Shown: positions 50,439 to 63,021, counted from the whole stretch's first letter. The stretch: 63,021 nt of DNA, filler included, from Rhabdomonas costata (GCA_019059605.1; 37 parts of 37 records of this genome joined end to end with filler, not necessarily neighbours in it); one strand, 5' to 3'. The notes: generated by a model not told the origin, from the sequence alone. Program-made: numbers and translations.

Positions 50439-53400
50439 GTATGTGTTCGACCTTCTTTGACAACGCAATATTTGCGTCACAGTCGACCTCTTGAAGCGGC
50501 GCTTTTCCATTGTGTGAGCTTGATTAGCCTCTTTGCTTGGACTCCTCTTTGATGTTTGCTGTGCTACTCTCCCACTTCTCCTGGCTCCCTTTCTTGCGCA
50601 CAGAGTTCCGGGGCATCGTTGGCTTTGAAGGACACGGTACGTGTGCAAGGGATTATGGTTTTTGTTGCCTCTTTCCTGTGCTCTTCACTTGTTGCTTGCG
50701 AAGCTCCTCTTTTATTCTTTTACTTTGGGGTGTCCTCCTCCCGTGTCTCTCCTCACATTGTTCAAGTCCCTCGTTTCTGCTGTGGCGCTGCACTTTCTCA
50801 GAAGCCAACTTCGAGTCCCTTCTGCTCTTGCACGTGATGCTTGACAACGAGCGGGCGACGTGTGCCTTGCTTTATTTTTGCGTGTTGCCTGCTCTAAATT
50901 ATGGTCCGTTTCTTTGCCAGAGAGATATTGGCTGGTTGTCTGCGGGTTGTGAGACAAAAGCCCCCAGGCTTATACAACCAGAATTGATTTATTTGCATAC
51001 GATCTCCTACGCTGTCCTCCAACTCAAAGGGAGGATTCAAAAGGTTCTCTGTTCATGGTCATCTGCTTACACGCCCAGCCACCGACCCCACCCANNNNNN
51101 NNNNNNNNNNNNNNNNNNNNNNNNNNNNNNNNNNNNNNTTAATTAATTAANNNNNNNNNNNNNNNNNNNNNNNNNNNNNNNNNNNNNNNNNNNNGTTTTG
51201 TAATTTTATGTCTTTGCAATGCAACGAGGTGTGACATCACGGAAGCCCACACCACGTTGCATTGCAAAGACATAAAATTACAAAAACAAAGCCCATACTG
51301 CGTGGCAACAATGACTTCTTGTCAACATCGTCTTATGAAAATTGTGCGCGTGGTAGGGTTGGAAACAAGAGGGCGGGTCAAAACTGGAAAAGCATCAGCT
51401 CTATCAAACTTAATCTCGCATGTAGTCTGCCATTGTCCACCAATTTCCACCACCATTAGCAGCTTCCATTTGGCCATCGGTAAGAAAAGATCCCTGAGCC
51501 GTACGTGTACTGGAATTCATTCAATTAATTATGCTCCGGCAGGTCAGTTAGACAAGTGGTATCCTTCATGGCAGCTTGCATTTCAAAATATCTTGTACCT
51601 ATTGTTGAGATTGATCACATCTAGTGGAATTAGAGATGTACGAACTGGATGTCCACAGGTCTCTGGATCATGGTTTTGATCAGATCACATCGAAGCAAAG
51701 CACGGCTGTCCAGATTGGAAGGCTTATCAGTTGATTTGAGAGAGATTACCGCATGGGATTTATGTGATTTATGACAAAGCATAGAAGCGCCTTGCTCTCT
51801 AGGCATCCCGTAGAATAATAATAAGTAGAGGTGACGGTGGAATGCATCGACTATCATATTGGGTGTGGGCATCTTCATCTTAAGGTGTTGGCGTCCATCG
51901 CCACTTCCTCACTACATCACGGTGACGCTTACACGTCTCAATATCACTCTAAATCTCCATCATGGTTCTCCCCACCATCCTATTGATTGCTACGCTCACT
52001 CATGCAGGATGGATGTTGAGTTGAGTAGCTCGGCGTACTAGTGCTGGCTCATCTGGGATGCCTAACAACTACGTCACCCTTTCCACTCTCACCAGGTGGT
52101 TCTAAGGTGGGTAGGGCATGTTGCTGCGTACCAGATGCTTCATTATACCACCATTCTCTGGTGGTGGTGGCATCGTGGCATAGACATCACTCCTGCACAT
52201 TGGCATCTACTACCGTAGCAGTTTGTCATGATCTTACTGCACCACTCGTCTGGGATTCTTCGCTCACCAGTTGTGGCCTGTTACCCCACGCTCCGATGCC
52301 TTTAGTGTGAGGCTACTACTACTTGCGGTTACAACCTCAGCTCCACCAGACATATGGTATCGCTACACCGACCAACCTTGTGTGTTAAGCGAACTGCACG
52401 CATACGCATAATCCACTGTCATACCGGTCTGCTTGCCATGTCAACGTAACGCTCTTTAGTATACGTGCTGCCTACTCCTACCACAGTCGTACAATTCCCC
52501 AACACATCACTTGAGATACTATTGTAGCCACTGTTAGTGTTACAATCACTCAATGAACGAGCAATAGAGGTCACGGGTTCTTATCCATCAGTGAGGTTGC
52601 TGATGTGACTTGCCTCTATCAACAGCGACTCAGCACACTGCCTGATGCCCCCTACGACTTTAGCATACGCTCAGATTCTCACGACACCATTCCAGTGCGT
52701 CCATATTCACAAAAACCAGTTCTCATACACGCATACACTTACAGTAACTCACACGCTCACAGATAGCCTTAACATCACATTTTTACCAAACCCCNNNNNN
52801 NNNNNNNNNNNNNNNNNNNNNNNNNNNNNNNNNNNNNNTTAATTAATTAANNNNNNNNNNNNNNNNNNNNNNNNNNNNNNNNNNNNNNNNNNNNCATCCG
52901 CTAGTGCAACACGTATAAGCAGGACCGTAAGGTAGATCTGCAAGCCAACCTGGGTGTACGAGCGCGAAGGGTTGTATGCCCACGAAGAATACTCCAAACA
53001 GGGGAGAGTAACATGAGGCACTTTGGCGTAGAGGAGACAGAGAAGGGGGTAAGGGCGGATGGGCTCATGCCCCATCGAGGGGGGTAGGGAGCCCAGGGTA
53101 CCCCCAAAATTCATTTTTGCCACCATGTGTGTGTGAGTGTGAGCGTGTGTCGTGGCGTTAACGAGCAGGTGAAGCACAGAACAGATCAAATTTTGTTGAA
53201 TGACAACAACATTTAACCAGCCTGGTTAACACAACCCTGATTCCCCAGGGCTGAAAACTTTGCGTGCGGCACGATGCCGCTGTCGGGCCGCCGGCCGCGC
53301 CTTTCATTGTTGTACTGCTACTTTTGACTTGGGCAAGCGATGACAATGCCTTCGCAGCGTTCCTTTTTCTGCCCCACGCCGTTGCACGCCATGGGGCACG

Positions 53401-53785
53401 TTGCAGGGCGCAAAGTGATTTCAAGGCAAAACACTTCCGAAACGATCCCATCGTAGTTTGTACTGATTTGTAAATTTCGGCTCTACTTTCCAGGCTTTGG
53501 TTTGGGACTGGGACTTGGATGTATTTGCATCTGGATGGGTTCGAGACGAATCAGGCGAAACAGATTGCACCTGTTATTCCGTTGTTTTCATCCTATCGCC
53601 CTCTTTCACCCTGCGAAATGTGTGTGCCAAAAGCTGCAAACATGAAAATGACGTTGATTTTGGTTTGGTTACTGTCTGAGAGATGTGCATTTTGTTCACT
53701 TTGTTATTTATATTCCCGACCTGTCCTGTCATGCGCGTTCTGGGCTGTATTACTCATCAGCGTTTTTCTTGTGGTTGGTTCGAGG

Positions 53786-54490
53786 ATGCTGAGCGAATTC
53801 CTGGAAAGGGTGGAACACCTGTGGCAGAGGATGACCCTGCGGTGTCCCCCTCCCTACATCATGCCTTTGCATGAGGAGGGGAACAGCCGCCCGCAAAACT
53901 ATGCAGTGGTTCTGGGGCAGCTCTATCTTTTGGATGGGGAGGATCTTACCCCTGGGGCTTCGGCACCGACGACGGCACCGACGAGCTCGACTTCCTCATC
54001 GTCCACCTCACCTCTGGAGAACCTCAAGCAAAGATTCTCGCTCATCGGCAGCCGCGGCAGCTCCGGTCGGCCCACCTCCCCAGGCACGCCTCCTCCTTCG
54101 GGCAAGCCTGCGGCCAGTTGCCCCAGCTCCCTCCCCGGGGAGGTTTCTGGAGACATGGCTAAACTTCGGGTCCATGTCTCGGGGCTGCTGAGATTCACCT
54201 ATCGCGGGGGCTTTGCGAGGATCGCTTCCACGACGATTACCTCGGACACGCACTGGGGATGCATGCTTCGAACGGGACAGATGCTCCTGGCCAACGCCCT
54301 GGTGACCTTGTGGGGCCTTCGAGCTGGCCGGAAGTCGCCCAAACCCGGGTTTGAATCCGGCTCTGCGGTGGTGCTTGCCGGGGGCTCGGAGGACTCTGCT
54401 GATCTGTGGCGAGTGGCCCAGCTGTTCTGTGACACGCCGGATGCGCCCTTCTCGGTGCACAACATGGCCATCGAGGGCACGGCGTACGGC
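53786..54490 (+). CDS. ATG4: Autophagy cysteine protease ATG4 (peptidase C54), 5' part
   Basis: FTYRGGF...TSDTHWGCMLRTGQMLLANAL...LFCDTPDAPFSVHNM carries the catalytic GCM motif. Likely start is ATG 53786. Confidence 0.95.
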
Positions 54491-54691
54491 ACAAACCACN
54501 NNNNNNNNNNNNNNNNNNNNNNNNNNNNNNNNNNNNNNNNNNNTTAATTAATTAANNNNNNNNNNNNNNNNNNNNNNNNNNNNNNNNNNNNNNNNNNNNG
54601 TGTTGGGTGTGTGGTTGTTTTTTATATGGTGCCCAGTGTTGGATGCTAGCCTTGGAGATGTGCTGTGATATCCGTGGGATTCTCCTTTTCA

Positions 54692-55719
54692 GGCTCCCAC
54701 CACCTGGGGCAGCTTCTGAGACTGGTCCTCCGCTACCACAGCCTGAAAAGGAGAATCCCACGGATATCACAGCACATCTCCAAGGCTAGCATCCAACACT
54801 GGGCACCATATAAAAAACAACCACACACTCTGACTCGAAGACCTGCTGTGAGTCTTGCGCAAGACGTTATTCCTTGCTGGTTGCCACATTTCACGCTGCT
54901 TCAGAGGGTTTCCGCTTCATAATTGGCGTAGGGGTTCTTTCCATAGTCCATGTCAACCTGATCTCAGCAACAATCAAAGCCCCAAAGCGTCTTGTATTCG
55001 GCCAAGGTGAGGTTATACGGGTTTAAAGTACTCTCCCTGCCGTTGAAACCACATACTTCAACCATCCAACCGAATCTGATTGCCGCCTACTCACGACAAC
55101 CCATCTGTGTGTGACCGGACCTTGAATAGGTGAGTGGGGACCCAGACGTCCGCCTTCCCCACGGTGGAGAAGCTGAGCCTCCGCGGCCTCACCGCAGGAC
55201 TGGACTGCCCTTGCGGCACAGCAGCAGCACTGGGATCTTCTGAGGGGATCCACAGCGGCCCCGTGACCACGTAGATATCTGCATACCACAGACAGGCCAT
55301 GCAGGGAAGATCGAAGAAATTAGGCAAATGAGACGCCAATGAAGTTCAGGTTGGGCGAGCGCAGAGAGGCTTGTGCTCTCCCCCTCGAACAAAAAACCGC
55401 GGCTTACGCAACAGCGAGGTATCTCAAGGACCTACCAGCAGCAGTATCTGGAGGCCAAGGAAGAGGGAGAAAAGTTCGAAATCCTACTGCAAGAAGAAGA
55501 AGCTACACAGCAGCAATGCCTCGTCAACAAAGTGTGTCTGTAGGGTCCGGAGAATTGGAGGCAGGGACAGAGGAGCAGGAAGGAAAGAGGCATGCCGGAG
55601 TAGCCTAGCTTCTGGATAAGGTTGCGGACGTGCAGCTCCACCCGGGCCCAGTCGCACCCGTTCTGCGAAACCTCCTGTGGCACAATATTGCTCAGCAGGA
55701 AGGTCGACGACAGAGACTC
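54692..55719 (-). CDS. ENDOG: Endonuclease G / sugar non-specific nuclease, three internal exons
   Basis: Exons 55719-55596 (GC donor), 55278-55121 and 54742-~54692 read STFLLSNIVPQEVSQNGCDWARVELHVRNL...SD|IYVVTGPLWIP...VGKADVWVPTHLFK|AVVAED. Confidence 0.93.
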
Positions 55720-56599
55720 CTAAGCCGCACGGAGGGGTGCACAGAGAGGTGAGCAGAACAAGAAAAGTGTACGTGTGTGTAATAAACCCAGCAGGAACCT
55801 AAGTGGTTGTATGTATTCATGTGTCCACCACCTCCAGGAAAACCGATATCCCAAGGCTTCTTTCTGGCACGCTGGTTGCGTTGAAGAGGAGCACCAGCAA
55901 CCGTCCTCATTGTGCATGGCTTTTCCCTCCATGCAAGTCCGGTCAAGGCAAGAGAGAGTTTCTCTCCCAATATTATGCTCCACGGGTTGTGGTTATCGCA
56001 CAATAGCGTGTCAGATCGCCCGTTGAGACCAAGCTTTCCCGACGTGCCACGGTTCTCGTCCAAAAATCGAATCCCATAAAACTCAGCACACCCTTCACCA
56101 CATTTATGCCTAATCACCACCCGCATCCATTATTCCGATGCCCATTCTTCTGCGGTAACCTTTGCACATGAATGTGGGCAACCCCCAACCAAACACACCC
56201 CCACNNNNNNNNNNNNNNNNNNNNNNNNNNNNNNNNNNNNNNNNNNNNTTAATTAATTAANNNNNNNNNNNNNNNNNNNNNNNNNNNNNNNNNNNNNNNN
56301 NNNNGTGGTGGGTGTGTTTGGTTGTGGGGTTCGGAGCAGCGGCGGCAGGAGCCCGTCGGGGAGGCGCCGGGCAGCCGGCCAGGAAAGCAATGAGCAATAT
56401 CAGCACGATGGCCATTGAAGAGCACCGCCAGGAAGGGCTCCCGACACCGGTTCTGCCGGGTCCCCCCTACCAGGAGGGTCCCCAGCGTTTCAGTTGAAAA
56501 TGGAAGGCAAGCGAGAAGGTGGCCTTAGCCAAAGCCTCAACGAGAAATCAAGGCACTGCAGAGACTTTCCCAGCAACCGGAAGACAAATTGACAAATCA

Positions 56600-57330
56600 C
56601 ATTCTATGGTCCGTCATTTGCGATTCTTTGAATGGGTTTTTTAATGCTCTGATACACAAAGAATGGTACTTACACAAACTGCGACGACGGTTTGCCGCCG
56701 AAAGAGCAGAGTGTCATTGAACTCCGCTGCCCTGACAGCAGCAGGGCAGACGAGTACGTTGTATTGGACTCGTATGGCCGAGAGATTCTTCTTCGATCCC
56801 GGCGAAGGCAGACTCTGCGGAGCTGCCCGCACCTCTGGAAGAAGCCCTTCTTCATCATCTGCACCCTTCCGCTGATTGAGTATTGTAACTTCTTGGATTT
56901 CTTGGAGATGGTCAGCAATCTGTCCCCCACATCAAAAGCAAGCACTTTGAAGGCAAAATACACTTGAAACCCATTTGGACTCGTGGTGCACCCCTGAACC
57001 TTCGTTCTATCCTGAAGAAAGAGCGGCTTTGGGTCATGATGGTGGAATTATACCCCAATCCTCCTCAAGGTCTCATTCAGAGGACTCGTGGACCAGTTGG
57101 TAGGCCAGCTGGATGGTGAGAGGTAGAGGCCTTGAACTTGTGGTGCAGCACCCCAACTGTGGGTAGCTCGGCTCCTCGAGATGGCTGGTTCATCAACTTG
57201 AACACGAGCTGAGGTTCTCCGGAGACTAGTACAACGCAAGGAACTCATGGAGATGACAGAGATGACACACCTTGTATTATGTGCTCATCAGGAACATGAA
57301 CAGGTTGACGACGCGCCGGGTGCTGGTGCA
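56600..57330 (-). pseudogene. Decayed hAT-like transposase C-terminus
   Basis: Frameshifted pieces LVFKLMNQ...LPTVGVLHHKF, VLVCPAAV/GQRS and FVYQSIK occur in the order expected for the hAT C-terminal region (PT.G.L; L..PA.S...ERSFS; FVY.N.R). Many stops. Confidence 0.35.
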
Positions 57331-58008
57331 TTCCTCGGAAATCGGAGTTAAGGCCGTCGTTGCATAAGGAGGGGTTCCTCTTAGTAAACTTGGCCAAGAC
57401 AGAACTGCAGACCCCCTTCTTTGCATACCCTACTTCTTCCTGTCTACCTCATCTCTACTCACCGTGCAACACCGCCCACAAAACCGTCCGGTATGTGTTG
57501 GCTGTCATACGGCAGTGGTAGCTGGTATTTAGGGTCACGCTCTGCGCGGAAGGAGGGCCATTTGCCAAAATTGCCAGAATGATGTCTTGACGCCTTCCTG
57601 CGTGTCACTCGTTTTCTCTCTCCTCATCTTTTTTCAAAAGGCTTTGATTTGCCACGCACAGAATTCTCATCCGAACAGCCCCCACTATGTGGAAGACTGT
57701 GAAGTGCAAACAAAAAGTGGCGTTCATCCCTTTCTTCCTTTCCCAGCAACGCCCTCACGATGCCCATCCATTTACTCATTCAGTTGTGTGCACAAGATTC
57801 GTTTCCAAAGTTTTTGGTAAGGAGAAAATATTCCTGGCGTGGTGCAGGAATTGATTTCCTACCGGAAACTTTTGTTTTTCAAGGTTTTTCAAGGAAACAA
57901 CACAACACNNNNNNNNNNNNNNNNNNNNNNNNNNNNNNNNNNNNNNNNNNNNTTAATTAATTAANNNNNNNNNNNNNNNNNNNNNNNNNNNNNNNNNNNN
58001 NNNNNNNN

Positions 58009-58802
58009 TGTTGGTTGGCGTTCGGGTCAGGGGGGACTTCCAAGGTGGGATGGCGGAAAGGGTTGGTGATGTTGCGCACAAAGGAGAGGTGCTGCTTATA
58101 CTGTTCCATCAAGGGCGGGTGCAAGGCCAGCGCACGATGGAGGGGCACCATGGTCGCGGTGAGACCATACACCGGCTCGTACTCCTGCTGAAGAAACCGA
58201 TCCTGCTGCCACACTGCGCCAAGCTCCTTGCTCCACGAGTAAAACGAGATGGGCTTCGACTGGCCTTCATCTGAGAGGAACTCCTCCCGCAAAGGTTTCC
58301 CCAGCTCCTGAAGCTCGGCTGCCATGCAGAAACCTCCGCCAAGCTCCCGGGCCACCCCCAGCACTGCACGAGGCTCTGCCTCGGTAAGCGCTTCCATCAT
58401 TCCGTTCAGAAGCGTTTGCTTCCTGCCCTGGCTCAGAAGCTCCACGGCGGCGTACAGGCCGTCATCGAACTGCTTTGCCTTGGCTCCGATCACGCAGGCG
58501 GGAAGAAAGGCTCTGGGAATGCGGTCTGGAGTGAGGACAAAAAGGGTGGGCTCATGTGACTCTGAATAGCTATAGGTCAAATCCACTGGGGCGTCAATGG
58601 AGAGAACTTGCGGGCCGAGGTCGAACGCAATTCCGTCCACCACGCGAATGGGAGTGGTTCCCTCCCACGCAAATGCCGCAGCATGCGCACCAGAAAACAA
58701 GCAAGAAAGCGCACAGAGCAGCAGCAGCACTCCAGGAACGAGGCCGAAGGCAAGTCCCTTCTTCTTGCGAATGGGGGTGGTTCTGCTCCACGCAAATGCC
58801 AT
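58009..58802 (-). CDS. Intronless secreted hypothetical protein of bacterial appearance (5' part)
   Basis: About 265 codons open from ATG 58802 to the contig end. It has a signal-peptide-like N-terminus and the blocks AKAKQFDDGLYAAVEL, KPISFYSWSKELGAVWQQDRFLQ and ITNP. Confidence 0.8.
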
Positions 58803-61800
58803 ACTCCTGAACGACTGGTGAAAAGCTGCGGATCCAGAACAAACCCTGGATCATACAGAGGTGTTTTTGTGCGCGCGAAAAATGAGTGGAGAGATGCCTT
58901 TCTTCAGTTCCTTCCTCGTGCACTCCATGCCGCCGCACCAGCAGAGCTGCCAGTATGGCAGGGATTGCCGCGAATTCGCGGTGCGAAGCACATGGAGGAG
59001 GAGGAGGGGGGGTGTTTAACAGTTTAAACTCTGTTGAACGTTCAGAACACTGCATTCTGTGCCTTTTTGTTGGGTATTTCTAGAGGTCTATTTTGGCTGG
59101 TTTCCTCATGGGTTTGAATGGACGAGTTATACAGATTTATTTTAGGGTAGAGAAAAGTGCCACGGCAGCCACAACGGTCGGCTGAGGCCGGGACATTGCC
59201 TGCGGATAACTTTTCCGGCCATATGCATGAAAAGCTACATAAATGTGTGGGGCGAAGCATCCCGCACCACCCTCCCAAGATCAATCCCATGTCAAAGCGC
59301 AACGGAAATCCGTATTTCGCATCAAATTCCTCAAATATCTCTAATTCCTCAATTATCTTTCTTATCTTTCTGATCAAATTTCTATGAATCCTTAAAAAAA
59401 AACCTCAAATCTCGTTTCAGGCTCCCACAAAGTCCACAAAGTCCGGTTGACTTTGTTTAACCGTGAGCCCCTTCCCATACTCTCCCACGTATCCTCACAA
59501 CGAAGTCGCTCCCTTTAAACATCCCTTTCCCCGAAACTGAAACCAAAGCTCGTAGCGCGTCGTGACAGTGACACGCTGTAGCTGCGCTGTGAACAAAAGC
59601 AGCAGCTCAAACCNNNNNNNNNNNNNNNNNNNNNNNNNNNNNNNNNNNNNNNNNNNNTTAATTAATTAANNNNNNNNNNNNNNNNNNNNNNNNNNNNNNN
59701 NNNNNNNNNNNNNGTGTGGGGTGGTAGAAGTGAATACTGCAGACTCACCTTCCCAAGAAGGCGCTGGCCTCGGCGTGGGCCGGTGTGTGTTGCTCTGTTC
59801 TTCTTTGTCCCGATCTCTCTTCCTCTTCCCTCTCAGCTGTGAAAACGTTAGAGAGGTGATCGGGTTCTGTCGTAACAGTTTTGTCCGGTCGCCTTTTCCT
59901 CCACTCACCCACTCAACCACCCATTCAGGTGGTGTCGGGGTTCTGCGACATCTGCGGGGTGCAGTACCCGCGCAGCCAGTCGCAGTTCTGTGTGGGTTGC
60001 GGCGCGAACCGGATTTCCGTGGTGCGGCCGAGTGGCCGTGGGATCCCTGCGCGGTGATTCTGCCGAGCTGGTGAGCTGGTGTTCCCGTGTTGAGTAACGA
60101 GTGCAGGGGTTGCTGTACAGCACTCCCTGTTTTGCATAAGGACCTCTCGTCATCGCTGCAGCTGCGGCAGTGAGGCGGGAGTAAGGGTTGCCACCTGCTC
60201 GTCTTTTTTTTTTTTGCCTTTGTAATCTTATTGTGTCCTTTGTTGGGATACCCCCCACTGCTGTTTTTTCTTCTGATTTCTGTACAAACACCGACCATCA
60301 CTCCGCAGCTCCAAGCGGCTCCTCCGTCTCTCTGCCTCTGCGCATAGCCATTGTGCTCAGTTTCTGCTGAGCCAACCCGTGTCCGCTTGCAACAGAAGGC
60401 ATAGGGGATTGAGGGCCCCGCTGGGGATGGAGGGAGTAGTTGTGTTGCAAATGCCGCCGTGGAGTTCCGTGTCCCGCCCCAATGCCGTTGCCACTTCCTC
60501 TTTTGTCAATACTGCTTTGCATGGGCGTAAGCGTGACCAGCTTGCGTCTCTCCGTGTTTGTACAGAACGGTAGCAGGCAGAGGCAGATGGAAAGTAAGGG
60601 AAGTGTTTCGGGAGTGCGTGAGGTGAGAGTTGATGGACAGAAGGGGAGTTGCGTCAACCCTCGTTGATAATGACACGGCCTCTGTCTACCGCCCTTGTTG
60701 TTCCAGTGTCCTGTCTAGTATCTGGATGGGAGAGGGCAATGTTTTTGCCAGTCGATACTTCAGAAGGTTCAGAATTCATATGCAGTCTTTTTTTAGATGG
60801 GTCCGATTTCGCTGAACTGTTCTCAAAGATCAATGATAAACCACAGCGCATTCGTATTTTGGTCGTTGTATGATATAATTGCTCTTTTCTCTCGCCCTTT
60901 CCTTTCTTGTCGCGTTCGCAATTGCACCAGTACCGTTTTCCGCTGTCTTCGTCTCTCCTTTCAAATGCAGGGCGCTCTTTTTGTACTGATTTCTTCGTGT
61001 AAAATTCACTCTTCGCCCCCCACCCCACCCCGCCTACAACTTGATTCCGCGTACTGTGCTCGGGGGGTCGCGTCAACCCCACTTTGACGACGCCTCCTTC
61101 ACCCTGACCCTTCTGTTTCTCTCTCTCTCTCTGCTTCTTTCTCTGAACCTTCCTCCCCCTCCCATTTTCCCTCCGCCTTCCGTCCACCACGCGACTCACC
61201 AACTCCCTCTCCGTCCGACCTTTGCTTAGCCAGATGTACACCTCGGCCTACGGAGCTTCGCCCCTGCGGCTGGGGACAACCTCTGCCCTCACCAGCACAC
61301 TAACCTACCCACCACAACNNNNNNNNNNNNNNNNNNNNNNNNNNNNNNNNNNNNNNNNNNNNTTAATTAATTAANNNNNNNNNNNNNNNNNNNNNNNNNN
61401 NNNNNNNNNNNNNNNNNNTGTTTGCGTGATGCTGATTTGTGCCTTTTTCTTCATCGAGTGGCATGCTTGTCTCCAGGCCGAACCTCCGAGTGAGGTTCCT
61501 GAAACGGAAATGCCGATGTCAATGCCACATCATTTTTAGGGATTAGTTTCTCCAATAACTGAACCCTGGCTCAACATCGTGACTTCGGTTACACCCTCCA
61601 GATAAAGGGTAAGATAAACTCTGCTTTTGCACCCCAGATGCGTTTCGCTCCCTGGGTTTGAAGTAGGATGCGTTCAGTTCAAATGGTGGAGGGCAGGGTA
61701 GCTGAGGCGGTAACGTAGCCTGTCTTTGCCACTCATCAATTTGCGTTCTTATTTTGGAGGAAATCGTTTTGCAACCTTCCCAGCGATCTGTCTGTGCGTT

Positions 61801-61865
61801 CTTTTTTGTTGCGGCGACTGCCGAGCGATTCGCCCACCCACGTTGCGGGGTTCTTTGTGGAAGCA

Positions 61866-63010
61866 ATGGGGCAAGCTCTGAACATCCTCCATCTCAACGA
61901 AGAGGAGGGCACCACGACCCTCTTCCTGGTCCGCCATGGGGAGTCGCAGAACAATGCCCTGGGTGTGTCCGGGTACCTGAAGTGGGTCATCGACCCCCCG
62001 CTCACCACCACAGGCATCCGGCAGGCCTCAATCCTCCACGAAAAGCTCACCGCGGTGGACTTCTTCCGGACATTCCAGATCAAGAAGGTGTACTGCAGCC
62101 CTTTGACCCGCGCCCTGCAGACTGCGCACTTCGCCACCGCCCCGCTACCGCTGGTGGTGCTGCCGTTGATCTCTGAGCGCCGGACGTCGTGCGGGGATGT
62201 TGGGCGGCCTTTGGCCGAGCTCAAGTCGGACCCCTTGCTGGGGGAGGTTGTGCCCCGGGTGCGGTTCCAGGGGTTTCCCAGCGACACCGAGAAGTGGTGG
62301 CCTACTGGAGAGGCTTTGAGCTTCCTCAAGGCGGAGACTCACAGTGCGCTGCAACGGCGGGTGGAGGGTTTCCTGGCATGGGCCCGGAAGAAGCTGGCCA
62401 GGAAGAATGTGCTGGTCGTGGGCCACTCTCATTTCTGGCAGCAAGTCTGATGCTGGGGAGGGAAGGGGGGGGGTGCTTTTCTCTGCTGTAACTGTACTGT
62501 AAAGCCAGAAAAAGACGGGGAGAGTATATATCCGGCACATTACCGTGAAATAGCAAAAAATAAAAAATAAAAGGAGATTGCTGCGTCTCGCACCCCTCTG
62601 CCCTAATTCACAGCCTTCCTTTTTTAGGCATTCCCTCACTGCTTCTGTTTTTTGTGTTTTTGTGAGGAAGGAAAGCCGTGCGTCGGGAGAGTGGAGGAAA
62701 GGGATGAAATGATGCCTCGTGGACCTCGTGGATTGAATCCAGACCCGTTGCTTCCGCGGATAATACAACGTCCCAGTTACCCAAACCATAAGCCAGTGTT
62801 TTTTAATGAGTGCGCCACACCGTTCTCTCTGTCTTCCTGTCGATGCTTTTTTTCAGGTGGAGATCACGCTTCTTGGGGATGAGGCTGCCGCGAAGCTCTC
62901 CAACTGCGCCATGCTGCAGCTGGTGTACGACGTGAAGACCTCGACCTTTATCAAGGTGCAGTCCGTGATTGAGGGCCTGCCCGCTCCCCTGGACCCCGCC
63001 AGCTTCCCTC
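61866..63010 (+). CDS. Histidine phosphatase (phosphoglycerate mutase family), two exons
   Basis: Exons 61866-62444 and 62857-~63010 (GT-AG) contain LVRHGES, DPPLT..G..QA, SPLTRALQTA, LVVGH and LSNC. The MGQ start suggests possible myristoylation. Confidence 0.95.
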
Positions 63011-63021
63011 CAACCACCCCC

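Noticed and set aside
51290-52794. Compositionally distinct contig with RPVDIQFVHL*FH, resembling an RNase H end (minus strand)
   Set aside because: It is a single weak motif among many stops, which cannot support a call.
54607-54828. Long perfect hairpin (candidate MITE or pre-miRNA)
   Set aside because: It sits at the contig end and truncates an EndoG exon at a microhomology junction, as expected of a fold-back chimera.
56180-56330. G/T-only contig starts and C/A-only contig ends that look like telomeres of gene-sized nanochromosomes
   Set aside because: The tails are short and non-periodic and they cut through exons. GGGTGTGTTTGG (~56309) and CCAAACACACCC (~56189) match, as I recall it, the G/T-only GenomePlex-type amplification primer, so the tails are most likely primer-derived.
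1608-61418. Regularly spaced TTAATTAATTAA motif resembling a repeat array or CRISPR, and apparent gene clustering across it
   Set aside because: It is a synthetic linker. Neighbouring contigs are unlinked, so no operon or cluster inference is valid.

Overview
This window is not one locus. It is 37 unrelated contigs of about 1.6 kb, joined by an artificial 100-nt spacer (N44-TTAATTAATTAA-N44). The DNA is from an intron-rich eukaryotic nuclear genome. GT-AG introns, frequent GC-AG introns, an apparently non-canonical intron, UDP-galactopyranose mutase and IFT140 point to a flagellated euglenozoan, probably a euglenid (inference). Most contig ends are G/T-only at the 5' end and C/A-only at the 3' end, and six carry fold-back hairpins; both look like whole-genome-amplification artefacts. 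Recognisable gene fragments: CRM1/XPO1, IFT140, UGM/GLF, an ABC1/UbiB kinase, PNGase, GFAT, EndoG, ATG4, a histidine phosphatase, two fucosyltransferase-like genes, a Cys-rich receptor, a DUF11-like surface protein and a D/D-domain protein. Mobile DNA: two copies of a Ty3/Gypsy-like LTR retroelement, the 3' end of an RLE-type non-LTR element and a decayed hAT-like transposase. Best candidates for novelty: (1) the LTR element appears to carry a Dam-family adenine methyltransferase after its protease; (2) a 128-nt non-GT/GC intron in CRM1; (3) an intronless bacterial-looking gene whose signal peptide is a diverged duplicate of its own mature N-terminus. All family assignments are by motif recognition; no database search was run.
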